Shown here: piece after piece, positions 62,391 through 64,000 of the stretch
How the letters are laid out: the number at the start of each line of letters is the position of its first letter
Numbering within the stretch: the stretch's first letter is position 1
NCBI GenBank assembly: GCA_002269645.1
Contig: NIVC01002114.1
Coordinates: 85,441-149,440, forward strand
Source of the DNA: Macrostomum lignano
Taxonomy: Eukaryota
Direction of reading: 5' to 3'
DNA: 64,000 nucleotides
Made by a program: the position numbers and the translations under genes
Notes under the pieces: generated by a model
Told to the model about the DNA's origin: nothing
Seen by the model: the letters and a program-made list of their open reading frames with translations, nothing else
Databases searched by the model: none

Positions 62391-62620
62391 GTATGCATCC
62401 GTATGTGAACATCAGGTACATATACAGTTTTACTTATAAAAGTCAATAAACAGACCTATCTTTAAGTCTTTGTTTTTCTGGTGATTATTTTGCTTTTGGA
62501 AGCTTGTTTCACCTATGTGGGACTGAAAATTGATTGCGTAGTTGCCAATTTGATAAAAAATGTCAATGTCAAATGTCATTTTGATAAAAACATCAGTCCA
62601 TTGTAACATGTATTTTTGGG

Positions 62621-62810
62621 GGGGGGGGGGCCGTAGCCCAGCGGTTTAGCGCAGGCTCTGGTGTGCCAGCGACCCAGGCTCGATTCCAAGTGCAGTCACA
62701 TTAATTTGGAGCTGAATTGGAATCTCGGCTTGGGTCTGCTCGTGCAATTAACGGCCTTGAGAGCCAACCCCCAAGGCGCAGTGAAGTGTACATGCCTAAC
62801 GATAAAATAA
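62621..62810 (+). mobile_element. tRNA-derived SINE (second family)
   Basis: A-box-like TAGCCCAGCGG, B-box-like GGCTCGATTCC, non-tRNA body, A-rich tail ATAAAATAAA. Confidence 0.6.
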
Positions 62811-63524
62811 AGTTAGGGCCGCTGTGCACTCCTGTGTGAGTGTGTGCCTGCGTACGTATCCGCGCGCTTGTATGCCTGCTCAGGGGAGTCGGCGGAATGG
62901 GCAGTAATGCCTCTCGCCGGTTGTGTGCCTATGTCGCTTAAAGTGCGCCAGGGTGCACACAACCCCCCTGCCTCTATAAAAAAAGGTATTTTGAAGTTAT
63001 GGGTGTTGATTGCATTGAAATTTCGGGTGTTGATTGCATTAAAAAACTGAATAAAAAACAAACACTTCATAGAAAGTCTTACAAGCGTTGCCTCTCATCA
63101 TGAAGTAGCGCTGTCTATTTTATTGAATCAGTCGGTACGCGCTTTCTTTTTGAGACCAATTAAAATATCAATGCTACGGATTGATTAACCAGCCGATGCC
63201 TAAATCTCCAAGCGATTCAACTGCGTACTTTGTTAAAAATACGTTTTGTTGTTTGTAGTATTTTGTTTTGTTTTCAGTACATGTCCTCTCCTAATTCTTT
63301 CCATCTATATCCAATTTTGTGTAGAGTTATTACGGATAGCAACAACGCATAATATGCATAATATTCTCGTCTTGTCCTATAGAAATTTTATTGTAGCGTG
63401 ATTAAATATAGAATTATTTGCATGGTAATATTGATACTTAATAATTGATGCAATTATATATAATGTTAGCAGATCTCTTAGCGTATATATTTTTTATTAT
63501 TTATGGCTTAATCACCGAAAACAC

Positions 63525-64000
63525 TCAGTGTCTCGTCAAACTGATTAATAGGATTTTCTTCGCCGTCCCTCGCTGCTGTGTCAACTGTCGTCTGTACAGG
63601 CGCGACAACATCCAGGCGAGACTAAACTCAATGGTAAAGATAATGTTCAACCTGTTTCCCAGTGCCACGTAGTGCAAATTGGCCGAGATGCTCGATATTC
63701 GATTGGCCATAATAGCGACTAGGAAGTTGAATAAAAACAGGTACAGCAATACGTGCATTGCCATGGCGAATACGCCAAGTCGGTTGCTTGACAAGTTGGA
63801 TATGGTGCCGAATACGATGGCTTTGTACACGGCTGTCCAGATGCTCAACAAATTGTTCTTCGACGCATAGAGGAAAGACGGCTCGCAGGGCACTATCGAG
63901 CCTATGATCCAGGAGCTGAGTATGATTGCCACGAATATTACTAAGCCAAAGTTTTGAAAAGTCACGGCAGTCTTCCATACCATGCACATGTGATCGGCTA
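63525..64000 (-). CDS. TRP cation-channel-like (TRPV-like) S5-pore-S6 and post-S6 region; 5' part lies beyond the window
   Basis: FVAIILSSWII helix, pore region, LLYLFLFNFLVAIMANRISSI (S6 NxLIAxM pattern), then RLNIIFTIEF resembling the TRPV post-TRP-box motif. Confidence 0.6.
   Translation of the reverse strand, partial: ADHMCMVWKTAVTFQNFGLVIFVAIILSSWIIGSIVPCEPSFLYASKNNLLSIWTAVYKAIVFGTISNLSSNRLGVFAMAMHVLLYLFLFNFLVAIMANRISSISANLHYVALGNRLNIIFTIEFSLAWMLSRLYRRQLTQQRGTAKKILLISLTRH

Overview
Eukaryotic (metazoan) genomic DNA with GT-AG introns and dense repeats. A free-living flatworm such as Macrostomum is my inference from gene style, repeat landscape and apparent trans-splice acceptors; it is not verified. 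From left to right the window holds: an intronless RPL28; minisatellites; a 5'-truncated RTE-like LINE with a 10-bp TSD; a decayed CACTA/CMC-like transposon (spliced DUF4806-like gene plus transposase C-terminus) carrying a hAT MITE and a 9.5-kb near-perfect 183-bp satellite that appears to have arisen from the element's own sequence; an 8-exon, 7-EC protocadherin whose last intron holds an (ATCT)n-embedded fold-back and 273-bp tandem array; an intact single-ORF APE-RT-RNaseH LINE (12-bp TSD) with a ubiquitin-tail-like RLRGG motif and a ~105-aa insertion in its endonuclease; an interleaved duplication of a TMEM223-like gene; a compact same-strand cluster (TMEM223-like, orphan membrane protein, HAUS7-like, VCPKMT, BBLN-like) with signs of spliced-leader-supplied start codons; two tRNA-derived SINEs; and the 3' end of a TRP-channel-like gene. 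All family assignments come from recognising motifs by eye; no searches were run.
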